The notes under the pieces: model-generated | What the model was told of the DNA's origin: nothing | What the model saw: only the letters and a program-made list of their open reading frames with translations | The model's database searches: none | Part shown: positions 46,927 to 56,691 of the stretch, in pieces | How the letters are laid out: each line of letters opens with the position of its first letter | How positions within the stretch are numbered: position 1 is the stretch's first letter | Program-made: the position numbers and the translations under genes | Assembly (NCBI GenBank): GCA_000998805.1 | Contig: LCFC01000004.1 | Location: forward strand, 2,446-66,445 | Length of the DNA: 64,000 nucleotides | Direction: 5' to 3' | Source: Parcubacteria group bacterium GW2011_GWA2_43_11 | GTDB lineage: Bacteria; Patescibacteriota; Minisyncoccia; Phycocordibacterales; UBA12088

Positions 46927-47247
46927 TCCTTTACCGCATCTGCGCGTATTTTTTTCTGTGATATGCGGAGGCTCTTTGTATGTCTCCAATGCCTGAGAAA
47001 GGTATACGTAATGAGGTTTTATTAAATGTTGTTAGAGCTGGCATAAATTCGTTTCTGGGTTTGTAAAAACGAAAATAAGAAAATTTGGAGCATACCGTAG
47101 TTTTGTTTTCAAAAATTTATTTTCCTCTTGCTTTCACAGTAACGTTCGTGTCTGACTTATAACAATTCAGAGCACCCTTTCGAAGTTGAGGCCAAGTTCT
47201 CGCGCCTTCACCTTCGCAAGGAAGCTCAACACTTAACATTAAGTATT

Positions 47248-48456
47248 ATGGCAGCAGAAGCTTTTGATAGGTCAAAGCCCCATGTAAACGTTGGTACAAT
47301 AGGCCACGTTGACCATGGCAAGACCACTACAACCGCCGCTATTCTTCATGTGCTTGGATCTCTTGCAGTAGATAAGGGATATTCTGCACGTCTTGAGGGC
47401 GTAGACGGTATCGACAACGCTCCAGAAGAACGAGCTCGTGGTATTACTATTGCTCTTCACCACTCTGAGTACGAGACACCAAATCGTCACTATGCGCACG
47501 TAGACGCACCGGGACACGCAGACTACATCAAGAACATGATTACAGGAGCCGCACAGATGGATGCAGCTGTACTCGTGGTCGCAGCGACAGACGGTGCTAT
47601 GCCACAGACTCGTGAGCACGTACTTTTGGCTCGCCAAGTTGGTGTGCCTCAGATAGTTGTGTTTATGAACAAGTGTGACATGGTAGACGACGCGGACATG
47701 CTTGATCTTGTTGAAGAAGAACTTCGTGATCTTCTCACTGCAAACGGATTTGATGGTAAGAATGCTCCTGTAATTCGTGGCTCAGGACTTAAGGCTCTTG
47801 AAGCTACGTCAATGGATGACGAATGGGCAAAGAAGATTCTTGAACTTGCTGATGTCTTGGATTCCTATGTGGCAGTTCCAAAGCGAGAGATAGACAAACC
47901 TTTCCTTATGCCTATTGAGGACATTTTCTCTATTGAAGGTCGTGGTACCGTGGTGACTGGTCGTATTGAACGAGGAGTTATCAAGATTGGAGAGGAAGTT
48001 GATATCGTTGGAATTACGCCAACGAGCAAGACCACTATCACCGGTATCGAAATGTTTAACAAGCAACTTCAGGAAGGTCAGGCTGGAGACAATGCTGGTA
48101 TTCTTCTACGTGGTACAAAGAAAGATGATGTGCATCGTGGACAGGTGCTTGCAAAGACTGGGACAGTTACTCCTCACACTGACTTTGAGGCAGAAGTACT
48201 CATTCTTAAGAAAGAGGAGGGGGGACGACACACTCCATTCTTCAGTGGATACAAACCACAGTTTTATGTACGTACTACGGACGTAACAGGTGAAGTAACC
48301 CTAGCGGAAGGAGTAGAAATGGTGATGCCAGGTGACACGGTAACCTTTAAGGTTAAGCTTGTTGCACCTGTCGCACTAGAAGAGCAACAGCGCTTTGCAA
48401 TCCGTGAAGGAGGCAAGACTGTTGGAGCGGGAGTTGTTACTAAGATCAACGCTTAA
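47248..48456 (+). CDS. tuf: Elongation factor Tu
   Basis: [41 protein letters not shown]. Confidence 0.99.
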   Translation: MAAEAFDRSKPHVNVGTIGHVDHGKTTTTAAILHVLGSLAVDKGYSARLEGVDGIDNAPEERARGITIALHHSEYETPNRHYAHVDAPGHADYIKNMITGAAQMDAAVLVVAATDGAMPQTREHVLLARQVGVPQIVVFMNKCDMVDDADMLDLVEEELRDLLTANGFDGKNAPVIRGSGLKALEATSMDDEWAKKILELADVLDSYVAVPKREIDKPFLMPIEDIFSIEGRGTVVTGRIERGVIKIGEEVDIVGITPTSKTTITGIEMFNKQLQEGQAGDNAGILLRGTKKDDVHRGQVLAKTGTVTPHTDFEAEVLILKKEEGGRHTPFFSGYKPQFYVRTTDVTGEVTLAEGVEMVMPGDTVTFKVKLVAPVALEEQQRFAIREGGKTVGAGVVTKINA

Positions 48457-48486
48457 CTAAACCCATTGTTTTTAACCACTACTTCT

Positions 48487-48852
48487 ATGGCAACTAAAAC
48501 CACAAAGAAGGTTTCGAAAAGCTCAAAGATTGCACCGGTGGGTGAGGGTAGTAAACTACGTATCCGCATTCGTGCCTACGAACATAAGATTCTTGATGCA
48601 AGCATTAAGCAGATTATGGACACAGCGCTTCGATACGAAGCAAAAGTGGTTGGTCCTGTACCATTGCCAACGGAAATCAAGAAATACACGGTCAACCGCG
48701 CCACATTCGTTCACAAAGATGCGCGAGAACAATTTGAGATGCGAGTTCATAAGCGTATGATTGACATCTTGAATCCCGATCCGAAAGTAGTTGAAGCTCT
48801 AACAAACCTCTCTCTACCATCTGGCGTCAATATTGATGTCAAGATGAGTTAG
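48487..48852 (+). CDS. rpsJ: 30S ribosomal protein S10
   Basis: LRIRIRAYEH, GPVPLPT, REQFEMRVHKR. Confidence 0.97.
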   Translation: MATKTTKKVSKSSKIAPVGEGSKLRIRIRAYEHKILDASIKQIMDTALRYEAKVVGPVPLPTEIKKYTVNRATFVHKDAREQFEMRVHKRMIDILNPDPKVVEALTNLSLPSGVNIDVKMS

Positions 48853-48863
48853 AAAACGTTAAG

Positions 48864-48894
48864 AAAAAACCGCTCTGAAGAGAGCGGTTTTTTC
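48864..48894 (+). terminator. Intrinsic terminator after rpsJ
   Basis: AAAAAACCGCTCT-GAAG-AGAGCGGTTTTTT. Confidence 0.8.
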
Positions 48895-49263
48895 TTTTAG
48901 GTTTTGTTACATGCCGGGAGCAAGGCGGACGGCGCTTAGATAATGTTACTAAAATACCATCATGCTGATGGTATTTTAGTCTACTCTTTCTCGGATACCT
49001 TCGTGAAAGTTAGACCTTGCTCTGTAGTGATACATGTACTAAAAAAACCGCCCAACAGGGCTATTTTTTGTTTATGTAAGTATTACAACTAACGAACGTC
49101 AAAGGGAAAAGAGACTGTTGTTTAAAGAGACTATACAGCCAATTCAACACAATGTTGAATTTGGTGTTGCTCAGTCGTGGATTACCTGCCTGCGTAGACA
49201 GGAATTGCGTTCTTAATGACGCCGACTGAGTTAAAAGTTGTATAAAAATGGTACGGAGGTTTT

Positions 49264-49464
49264 ATGAAAAGAAAAGTGAAGCATATAATACCGTTCGATG
49301 ATGACCTGGTGGAGACAATTCCCGAAGGTCTGGAGTGGGAGATTGTCGGAAACGAGCTTGTAATCAAAGTGCCAAAATACCCTGCTGACGGTGCGTTCGT
49401 ATTCATTGAATGGTGCGCAGAGAAAGGGATTGAACATAAATGGCAAGATGGAAGAAATCTGTAA
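49264..49464 (+). CDS. Small orphan protein (paralog family with VP...F..WC motif)
   Basis: SD GGAGG; motif shared with two downstream frames. Confidence 0.6.
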   Translation: MKRKVKHIIPFDDDLVETIPEGLEWEIVGNELVIKVPKYPADGAFVFIEWCAEKGIEHKWQDGRNL

Positions 49465-49708
49465 TCCCCAGTAGCGTAGTTGAGGTGGTGAAATACCAAG
49501 GGATGAATATGTCATTCGTACAAGGGGTGCAAGACGTTTAATAAAAACCCTCCCAAAGGGTTTAAATGGACGGGTTGAGAAAAGACAAATTCTGGAACAA
49601 TTTGTTTTACTTGTGCAAGTTCCAGCAAGTCCCCATGTTCTTTTTACAAAGTTCACAGAATGGTGCAGGAGAAATGATATAAATATGGAACAGTTGGTTG
49701 TTCAGTAA
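49448..49708 (+). pseudogene. Paralog of flanking small proteins with two in-frame stops near the N-terminus
   Basis: Manual translation MEEICNPQ*RS*GGEIPRDEY...KTLPKGL...LLVQVP...FTEWCRRNDI. Confidence 0.5.
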
Positions 49709-49895
49709 CCTTGAGCCAATAATGTGGCACTAAACTCTTTCAAAGGAATAAAAATAAGGCCAGAGACAAGCATTGTCCTGGCCTTCTGAGTAGTCCACCA
49801 ACGTGAACAGATTACCATTTGACTCTCTCTACATTCGGAGTACCATGAAAATTAGAGGAAATTAAGATGAAAATTCACCAAATAAGGAGAAAGTT

Positions 49896-50180
49896 ATGTG
49901 TGGAAAATGCGAAAATTGTGGCTATATTCCCTCAAAAAAAGAAGAATGGAATGAATTCAGAATCATAAGTGACGACCCTACCATTTTGGCAGGGACCCTC
50001 CCTCCGTATAATCCAGTAAGGTTGACTCTGAGAGGTGTTGTTAAGAACGGAGTGTTGGTGATTCGAGTCCCACCCAATGCTGAGCGGCCCGAGTATGATG
50101 CTTTCATGACTTGGTGTAAACAACAGAACATTGTCTTGTCAGGCTTTACTGGGGTAGTTCGCGAAACTCAAGCTGCGTAA
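49896..50180 (+). CDS. Small orphan protein with N-terminal CxxCxxC (same paralog family)
   Basis: SD AAGGAG; MCGKCENCG..TLPP..LVIRVP..FMTWCKQQNI. Confidence 0.6.
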   Translation: MCGKCENCGYIPSKKEEWNEFRIISDDPTILAGTLPPYNPVRLTLRGVVKNGVLVIRVPPNAERPEYDAFMTWCKQQNIVLSGFTGVVRETQAA

Positions 50181-50298
50181 TAGGCTGCGAATACGTATGA
50201 ACGACGAAAAGAAATAGGCCGGTAGATACAATCTATCGGCCTTGAAATGTGCTTGCGTAAAAAAGTGAAGGCCAGGGACAAAATAACGTCCCTGGCCT

Positions 50299-50496
50299 TT
50301 AACGAATTGCTGAAGTGAAGTGCGTCAGATTATCTTCTATCCACCTAACACAGTTTTTCCCTAAGGTGATAGGGTGGTCTGGCATACTCAGACGTTCAGT
50401 GTTTGATAAAAAATCGAGGCCAACAACCTTCGCTTTCGCTACTAGCAGCCTCCTTCTCTGATTCGCGGGCACCCACTTCAGCAATATGAAGTACAT
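50299..50496 (-). CDS. Small hypothetical protein
   Basis: 65-aa ORF with TTGACT-type promoter upstream and a hairpin at its stop. Confidence 0.35.
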   Translation of the reverse strand: MYFILLKWVPANQRRRLLVAKAKVVGLDFLSNTERLSMPDHPITLGKNCVRWIEDNLTHFTSAIR

Positions 50497-50556
50497 GTTT
50501 GTTACTAAACCTAGAGTATCAGAACATTTTTGTAAGTCAATTTATTGGTGTGTCAT

Positions 50557-50637
50557 ACCCAGTAGTGAAAATTGACGAAGCTCGACCTGTGGTCGAGCGC
50601 ACAAAGTGCATCGTCAATTTCTACTACGGGGTTGCAT
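50557..50637. repeat. Hairpin repeat family C copy
   Basis: ACCCAGTAGTGAAAATTGACGA...TCGTCAATTTCTACTACGGGGTTGCA. Confidence 0.8.
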
Positions 50638-50660
50638 TTTTTAACCCATTCCTGTATAGT
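50632..50660 (+). promoter_or_regulatory. Putative promoter upstream of the rplC leader
   Basis: TTGCAT-17 nt-TATAGT. Confidence 0.55.
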
Positions 50661-50663
50661 ACC

Positions 50664-50773
50664 GAGGCTAATAGAAGTATCGTAAGGTACTAGCCATGTT
50701 CCACCGACAGCAATGATAGGGAACCTCTGGACCGTAAGCCTCACTGGCTAGTGGTTCAGTGTAGGCCTTTTTT
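50664..50773 (+). ncRNA. Candidate attenuator or structured leader upstream of rplC
   Basis: GAGGCT/AGCCTC stem competes with a GCCTCACTG..CAGTG-T-AGGC + T6 terminator; ACTAGCCA is complementary to TGGCTAGT. Confidence 0.4.
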
Positions 50774-50921
50774 GTTAGCAAGGTCTTTAAAAACAGCGCA
50801 CTTCATCGTTGTGCTGCACAAAATACTTCTCATCGTATAATTTAATACGACTCGCAGTATTTTGTTTGCACGCCTCGAATTGCATCTGTTTTTATACGCC
50901 CTACAGTTTTTGGTTTCAAAA

Positions 50922-51530
50922 ATGAAATTTATACTCGCTACAAAAGAATACATGACACAGATCTTCGATGAAGAAGGTCGTGTGCATCCTGCTACTGTAC
51001 TCAACGCAGGGCCAAATACCGTCACACAGGTCAAGACTGAGGAAAAAGATGGCTACAACGCTGTACAGGTGGCATTTGGAGAACGCAAGGAAGGCCGAGT
51101 AAACAAAGCACAACGACCAAAGGGTCTTTTCCGCTATTTCCGTGAGTATCGATCAAAGAACATTGAAGATATGGCTGTCACAGAAGGTGCAGTTATCAAT
51201 GTCGATGATGCATTTGCTGTGGGTGACAAGATAATGGTTTCCGGCATTGCCAAGGCAAAGGGTCATCAAGGAGTTATAAAGCGCCACCATTTTGCAGGAG
51301 GACCTCGCACCCATGGACAAAAGCACAACGAACGATCTCCTGGTTCTATTGGAGGAGGTCTACGAAGTCGTGTCCCAAAGGGTATGAAAATGGGAGGACG
51401 AACGGGAGGACGACTTGTGTCTGTGAAGAACCTTACAGTGGTGGGTATCAATAAAGAAAAAAATCAGCTCATTGTCGAAGGAGCTATTCCTGGAAGAACG
51501 GGCACCCTTATCGAGGTTCGAGGCTTGTAA
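50922..51530 (+). CDS. rplC: 50S ribosomal protein L3
   Basis: KDGYNAVQ, KAKGHQGVIKRH, RSPGSIG, KGMKMGGRTG. Confidence 0.97.
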   Translation: MKFILATKEYMTQIFDEEGRVHPATVLNAGPNTVTQVKTEEKDGYNAVQVAFGERKEGRVNKAQRPKGLFRYFREYRSKNIEDMAVTEGAVINVDDAFAVGDKIMVSGIAKAKGHQGVIKRHHFAGGPRTHGQKHNERSPGSIGGGLRSRVPKGMKMGGRTGGRLVSVKNLTVVGINKEKNQLIVEGAIPGRTGTLIEVRGL

Positions 51531-51543
51531 TTCAATCAATATC

Positions 51544-52227
51544 ATGGACGCAAAGATATACAACATGAGTGGTAAAGAAACTGGAACAGTAGCACTTCCT
51601 GAGACTGTTTTTGGTGCAGCGTGGAATGGAGATCTTGTACACCAAGTAGTCACCGCCATGCTTGCAAATGCTCGAACACCTATAGCGCACGCGAAAGATC
51701 GCTCAGAAGTATCTGGAACTGGAAAAAAACCTTGGAAACAAAAGGGTACGGGAAGCGCACGACACGGATCACGACGTTCACCTATCTGGCGCAAGGGAGG
51801 TGTCGCACACGGACCACGAAACGAGCGAACCTTTAAGCAGAAAATAAACAAGAAGATGCGTGTGAAGGCACTCTATGCAGTACTTACCAAGAAATTCCAA
51901 GATGGAGAAGTACTTTTCCTTGATGCGATGACTTTTGAAGCACCAAAGACAAAAGAAGCAAAAAACACGATTGCAGCACTCGCAAAGATACAAGGATTCG
52001 AGTCGCTCGCAACCAAGCGCGCAAATACTGCTCTTATTGCGAGCATCACCACAGATGACAATACCGTTAAAAGCTTGCGAAACTTCAACAATATGATGCT
52101 TGAGCACGTCCGAAGTCTAAGTCCCGTTGATGTTCTTAAATACAAGTACCTCGTGCTAGTAGGAGCAGAGGATGCGGTGAAGGAGATAGAAAGTCGTGGC
52201 GCACAGACACCTGCTGTAAATAAATAA
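51544..52227 (+). CDS. rplD: 50S ribosomal protein L4
   Basis: KPWKQKGTGSARHGSRRSPIWRKGGVAHGP. Confidence 0.97.
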   Translation: MDAKIYNMSGKETGTVALPETVFGAAWNGDLVHQVVTAMLANARTPIAHAKDRSEVSGTGKKPWKQKGTGSARHGSRRSPIWRKGGVAHGPRNERTFKQKINKKMRVKALYAVLTKKFQDGEVLFLDAMTFEAPKTKEAKNTIAALAKIQGFESLATKRANTALIASITTDDNTVKSLRNFNNMMLEHVRSLSPVDVLKYKYLVLVGAEDAVKEIESRGAQTPAVNK

Positions 52228-52234
52228 AAGGCAT

Positions 52235-52654
52235 ATGGCAATTTTTAACAAAAAAACTTCAGAAGGCGAGGTAGAAAACAAGAAAGCATCAGAAGCTAAG
52301 AAGGATGTCGCTGTGGTAAAAAACAAGAAAGCGGTCAAGCCTAAGGGTGATACTGCTGGCTACAATCTTACCAAAGAACCGGGACGTATCATCAAAACAC
52401 CTCGAATCACTGAAAAGGCTTTGCAAATGACCACAAGTGGCACGTACGTATTTGAAGTAGCTATGGATGCAACAAAGCGAGACATTGTGACCGCAGTGCA
52501 GGCGCTCTACAAGATAACACCACGTAAGATAAATATTGTTCGCCGAGGTCCTCGCCCATACGTAGCACGTTTCAGAAATCGACGTGGAACAAAAGTGGGA
52601 GTAAAAAAAGCATACGTTTTTCTTAAAAAAGGAGACAAAATTGACTTAGCATAA
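52235..52654 (+). CDS. rplW: 50S ribosomal protein L23 (N-terminal extension)
   Basis: PRITEKA, YVFEV, KKAYVFL. Confidence 0.93.
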   Translation: MAIFNKKTSEGEVENKKASEAKKDVAVVKNKKAVKPKGDTAGYNLTKEPGRIIKTPRITEKALQMTTSGTYVFEVAMDATKRDIVTAVQALYKITPRKINIVRRGPRPYVARFRNRRGTKVGVKKAYVFLKKGDKIDLA

Positions 52655-52658
52655 GCAT

Positions 52659-53504
52659 ATGAAGAACTACCGACCAACAACAGCATCACGACGGCACATG
52701 ACCACACGTTCCTACAAGAAGGTAGTGACAGTGTCTACGCCACACAAAACCCTCACCAAGGGAGGTAAGCGTGCTGTGGGACGTAACAGTCAGGGTAGGA
52801 TTACTTCACGACACATGGGAGGTGGTCACAAGCGAAAGTTCCGTGAGATTGACTTCACCTACAACAAACACGACATTCCTGCGAAGGTAGAAACGATTGA
52901 GTACGACCCAAACCGAAGTTCATACATCGCACTTCTTTGCTATGCTGATGGTGAACGTCGCTATACGACCGCTCACAGAGACATGAAGGTTGGAGATACG
53001 TTTATAGTTTCTGAAACAGCAAAGCCTGTGGCAGGGGTACGTATGCCACTTCGAAACATTCCTATAGGACTTGCGATTCACAATATTGAAACCAAGCCGG
53101 GAGCTGGAGCACGACTCATACGATCAGCAGGTACTTCAGCTACGATTCTTGCGCAGGATGGTACCCACACACACCTTAAAATGCCTTCATCTGAAATTCG
53201 AAAACTCAATAGCGCTGTCTGGGCTACTATCGGTGTTGTTTCAAACGAGGAGCATCAGTTGCTCACGATTGGAAAAGCGGGACGTAGTCGATGGCTTGGT
53301 ATACGACCTACGGTACGTGGTACAGCGATGAACCCTGTTGATCATCCAAATGGAGGAGGAGAAGGACGACAAGGTCGTGGACACCGCCGAGCACGAAGTA
53401 TCTTTGGAAAACCTACTGGCAAGGGTCACAAGACTCGACGACCAAAGAAATACAGCGATTCACTTATAGTGTCACGCCGTAAGGTAGGTAAGAGACGAAA
53501 ATAG
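52659..53504 (+). CDS. rplB: 50S ribosomal protein L2
   Basis: IEYDPNRS, RPTVRGTAMNPVDHPNGGGEG. Confidence 0.98.
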   Translation: MKNYRPTTASRRHMTTRSYKKVVTVSTPHKTLTKGGKRAVGRNSQGRITSRHMGGGHKRKFREIDFTYNKHDIPAKVETIEYDPNRSSYIALLCYADGERRYTTAHRDMKVGDTFIVSETAKPVAGVRMPLRNIPIGLAIHNIETKPGAGARLIRSAGTSATILAQDGTHTHLKMPSSEIRKLNSAVWATIGVVSNEEHQLLTIGKAGRSRWLGIRPTVRGTAMNPVDHPNGGGEGRQGRGHRRARSIFGKPTGKGHKTRRPKKYSDSLIVSRRKVGKRRK

Positions 53505-53510
53505 AGTTAA

Positions 53511-53539
53511 TTGACAATAGGTCTAGCGTTGCGTAGTAT
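53511..53539 (+). promoter_or_regulatory. Internal promoter before rpsS
   Basis: TTGACA-17 nt-TAGTAT. Confidence 0.6.
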
Positions 53540-53575
53540 GAGCGCACGCTCGCCCACGAGCATTTTTATTACAAT

Positions 53576-53810
53576 ATGACACGATCACTTAAAAAAGGAC
53601 CATACGTAGACCCTCGAGTCTTATGGCAAAAACCACATTGAAGTACTCTGTACAGAAGACATGGTTGGACACAAACTTGGGGAATTTTCACCATCTACCA
53701 AATTCATGCGACATGGAGGAAAAATCCAGAAGGAGCTTGAACAAGCTCGAAAGGATTCTGAAATTCAGGCAGCAAAGGCGGCAAAAGCAGCTGCATCATC
53801 AAAAAAATAA
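53576..53810 (+). pseudogene. rpsS: 30S ribosomal protein S19 with internal frameshifting deletion (probably assembly artefact)
   Basis: [15 protein letters not shown] joined out of frame to [27 protein letters not shown]; the KTWSR..VH segment is missing. Confidence 0.85.
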
Positions 53811-53819
53811 CATACCATC

Positions 53820-54299
53820 ATGCAAGCTTTTCTTAAAAACAATCGTCAGGCTCCACGCAAAGTGCGCTTAATTGCACGTGCTGTTGTCGGGAAGACTGTA
53901 GCGGTTGCCCTTTCTGAGCTTACCTACATGCCCCACAAAGGAGCAAAAACACTCAGTAAGCTTATCGTAAATGCAGTTGCAAATGCGAAGCAAGCAGATA
54001 GTAGTCTCAACGAAAATACCCTTATGGTGAAGAATATAATGGTTGATAAGGGTGTAACACTTATGCGATTCATGCCTCGAGCTTTTGGACGAGCATCACC
54101 AATACACAAAGAGTCTTCGCATATTCGTATACTTCTAGCAGAGATACCTACCACCAAGAAAGTTGCAAAGACGTCGATGAAAGAAGATGTGAAGAAAGAA
54201 ACCAAAGAAGTAAAGCCTGAAAAAGCAGTTACTGTAGAAAAAACCCACACCTCCACTAAAGTTACGGCGGACAAGGAAGTAGAAATAGTTGCTAAATAA
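53820..54299 (+). CDS. rplV: 50S ribosomal protein L22 (C-terminal extension)
   Basis: RQAPRKVRL, NAVANA, RFMPRAFGRA. Confidence 0.96.
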   Translation: MQAFLKNNRQAPRKVRLIARAVVGKTVAVALSELTYMPHKGAKTLSKLIVNAVANAKQADSSLNENTLMVKNIMVDKGVTLMRFMPRAFGRASPIHKESSHIRILLAEIPTTKKVAKTSMKEDVKKETKEVKPEKAVTVEKTHTSTKVTADKEVEIVAK

Positions 54300-54333
54300 T
54301 CACGAAAACTAATTTTAATTACAAAAACTTATT

Positions 54334-54938
54334 ATGACGCACGTAGTACATCCATACGCACATCGACTGGGAATCATCCGAGACTGGAAGTCACGTTGGT
54401 TTGTCCGTGATCGTAAGCAATTGCAGGTACGCTTCGCATTATTGTGAAGACCGCCCGTCCTGGTATGCTTATCGGCCGAAGCGGTGAAGGTGTTCAAAAG
54501 CTTCATAAGGAGATTGCAAAACAAATGCGTGCTCTAAAACTGTCCGAAACACCTGAGGTAAAGCTTGATATTGAAGAGATACGAAATCCAGAAGCAAATG
54601 CGCAAATTGTTGCTGAAATGGTTGCAGAAAGTCTTGAGAAGCGTATGCCTTTCCGTCGTGTTTTGAAACAAACGATTGAGAAGGTGATAGCAAACAGAGA
54701 CGTAAAGGGTGTACGTATTGCACTCGCTGGACGTATTGGTGGAGCGGAGATGAGTCGAAATGAGCAGATAAAGCGAGGACGAGTTCCTCTTCAGACACTT
54801 CGAGCGGATATCGAATTTGCTCGAACGGAAGCTTACCTTGCGTACACCGGTCTTGTAGGTATCAAAGTTTGGATTTACAAAGGAGATATTTTTGATACTG
54901 ACGAGCAGAATCAGACACAAACTCAAAACGCAAGATAA
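54334..54938 (+). pseudogene. rpsC: 30S ribosomal protein S3 with internal frameshifting deletion (probably assembly artefact)
   Basis: MTHVVHPYAHRLGIIRDWKSRWF joined out of frame at about 54429 to LRIIVKTARPGMLIGRSG...GRVPLQTLRADI. Confidence 0.85.
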
Positions 54939-54956
54939 AAGATTTAATTACCTACC

Positions 54957-55379
54957 ATGTTACTACCAAAGAAAGTTAAATATCGAAAACTACAGCGAGG
55001 TCGCGATGCGATTCAGTATCGTCACCCTGCACAACGTGGGATCACGATTGCGTTTGGTTCCTTTGGTCTGAAATCTATAGAACAGGGACGTATTCGAAGC
55101 AACCAAATAGAGGCGGCTCGACGTACCATAAACCGCGCTATGGGTAAGACTGGGCGTATCTGGATTCGTATATTCCCTGATAGGCCATACACACAGAAAG
55201 CTGCAGAGGTAGGTATGGGTAAGGGAAAAGGAGATGTGCAGGCATATGAAGCCCCAGTGCTTCGAGGTAGCGTACTTTTTGAGGTAGATGGTATTGATGA
55301 GACCACTGCACGCGAAGCACTACGTAAGGCAAGTGCAAAACTTCCAGTTAAGACACGTTTTGTTGTTCGTAATGGGTAA
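54957..55379 (+). CDS. rplP: 50S ribosomal protein L16
   Basis: MLLPKKVKYRK, QIEAAR, WIRIFPD, MGKGKG. Confidence 0.97.
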   Translation: MLLPKKVKYRKLQRGRDAIQYRHPAQRGITIAFGSFGLKSIEQGRIRSNQIEAARRTINRAMGKTGRIWIRIFPDRPYTQKAAEVGMGKGKGDVQAYEAPVLRGSVLFEVDGIDETTAREALRKASAKLPVKTRFVVRNG

Positions 55380-55444
55380 GTAGTTGCAAAAGATAAGAAA
55401 AGATATAGGATAACAAACATTTCAGGTGGGTAAGAATTTCTAAC

Positions 55445-55657
55445 ATGACTAAGAAAAAAGACACATTTCAAGACAAAGACGAGAAGGAGCTCAAGAAGCT
55501 TTTGGGTGAAAAGCGCGAAGCACTACGAGATTTTCGTTTTAGTATGAAGGGTAGCCGTGTGAGAAACACCAAAGAGGGTTCGTTGTTCCGCAAAGATATA
55601 GCTCGCATACTTATGGTACTTGGAAACAACAAGAAGCACGCTACTATCACTGAATAA
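55445..55657 (+). CDS. rpmC: 50S ribosomal protein L29
   Basis: LRDFRF..RKDIARILM; syntenic position. Confidence 0.9.
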   Translation: MTKKKDTFQDKDEKELKKLLGEKREALRDFRFSMKGSRVRNTKEGSLFRKDIARILMVLGNNKKHATITE

Positions 55658-55664
55658 TTTTATT

Positions 55665-55958
55665 ATGACTACAACAACAAAAAACGATATGACTGCCACA
55701 GAGAAATCTGCAAAAGCTACGACTGAAAAAAAAGGCGGAAAGATACTTCGTGGCACCGTGGTCTCTGACAAAATGAAGGAAACAGTTGTTGTTTCAGTAA
55801 CCCGTTTTGTAAAGCACCCAAAGTATCGAAAATTTATCAAACGAGTGAAGAAGTTCCACGCACACAATCCCGGTGACGTTAAGAAAGAGGGAGATAAGGT
55901 ATCTATTCAAGAGTGCAGACCGATGAGCAAGACTAAGAATTTTATCGTCATAGCATAG
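55665..55958 (+). CDS. rpsQ: 30S ribosomal protein S17
   Basis: [27 protein letters not shown]. Confidence 0.96.
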   Translation: MTTTTKNDMTATEKSAKATTEKKGGKILRGTVVSDKMKETVVVSVTRFVKHPKYRKFIKRVKKFHAHNPGDVKKEGDKVSIQECRPMSKTKNFIVIA

Positions 55959-55989
55959 TACAGAGATATCTAATCACTTATACACCAAC

Positions 55990-56361
55990 ATGATACAGAC
56001 ACAATCCATCGTAAAAATTGCAGACAACTCAGGCGCCAAAATCGGACGTGTCTTTAAGGTGCTTGGTGGTTCCAAAAGACGGTATGCCCGCATAGGTGAT
56101 ATGGTAGTAATATCTGTGCAGGTTGCAGAGCCACGAAAGATGGTCAAGAAGAAGGAGGTACTCTATGCAGTAGTTGTTCGTTCACGACAGGCTACACGTC
56201 GAGCAGACGGATCGTACATACGTTTTGATGAAAACGCAGTAGTGATTATTGATAAGGACAAGAAAGAGCCAAAGGCAAACCGTGTGTTTGGTCCTATTCC
56301 CCGGGAAATTTCAGAAGCTGGCTATCAGCGCATAGCGTCACTTGCACCAGAGGTACTCTAA
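55990..56361 (+). CDS. rplN: 50S ribosomal protein L14
   Basis: [28 protein letters not shown]. Confidence 0.98.
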   Translation: MIQTQSIVKIADNSGAKIGRVFKVLGGSKRRYARIGDMVVISVQVAEPRKMVKKKEVLYAVVVRSRQATRRADGSYIRFDENAVVIIDKDKKEPKANRVFGPIPREISEAGYQRIASLAPEVL

Positions 56362-56368
56362 AACTATC

Positions 56369-56686
56369 ATGAAAATCCACAAAAACGACAACGTTATAAT
56401 TATTGCAGGTAAGGACAAGGGGAAGACCGGGAAAGTCCTTCGAGCACTTCCAAGCGTTGAGAAGGTAATAGTTCAAGGAGTTAATATCCAGAAGCACCAC
56501 AAGAAAACCAAGAAAGACACCAAGCAAGGAGGTGGTATCGTCGAGGTGTCTGCTCCCATCCACGTTTCAAATGTACAGTTGGTAGATCCTAAGACAGGCA
56601 AAAAGACTCGTATCGGGGTGACCAAGGATGATGCAGGCAAGAAGAACGTACGCGTTACCAAAAAAAGTAGTACTAAGCTTAAGTAA
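56369..56686 (+). CDS. rplX: 50S ribosomal protein L24
   Basis: IAGKDKGKTGKV, APIHVSNV. Confidence 0.96.
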   Translation: MKIHKNDNVIIIAGKDKGKTGKVLRALPSVEKVIVQGVNIQKHHKKTKKDTKQGGGIVEVSAPIHVSNVQLVDPKTGKKTRIGVTKDDAGKKNVRVTKKSSTKLK

Positions 56687-56691
56687 ATACC

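Noticed and set aside
48910-48940. Possible tRNA 3'-end remnants (also about 58365-58400)
   Set aside because: No T-loop GTTCGA motif or cloverleaf can be built on either strand.
49448-49486. Genome-wide stop-codon reassignment (code 25)
   Set aside because: Long conserved genes are open under code 11 and use TGG and normal Gly codons; only this small frame has internal stops.
53623-53871. 82-aa ORF as a novel gene
   Set aside because: Out-of-frame by-product of the broken rpsS.
52235-54299. Lys/Glu-rich extensions on L23, L22 and other r-proteins
   Set aside because: Low-complexity tails common in this lineage; no specific signal seen.
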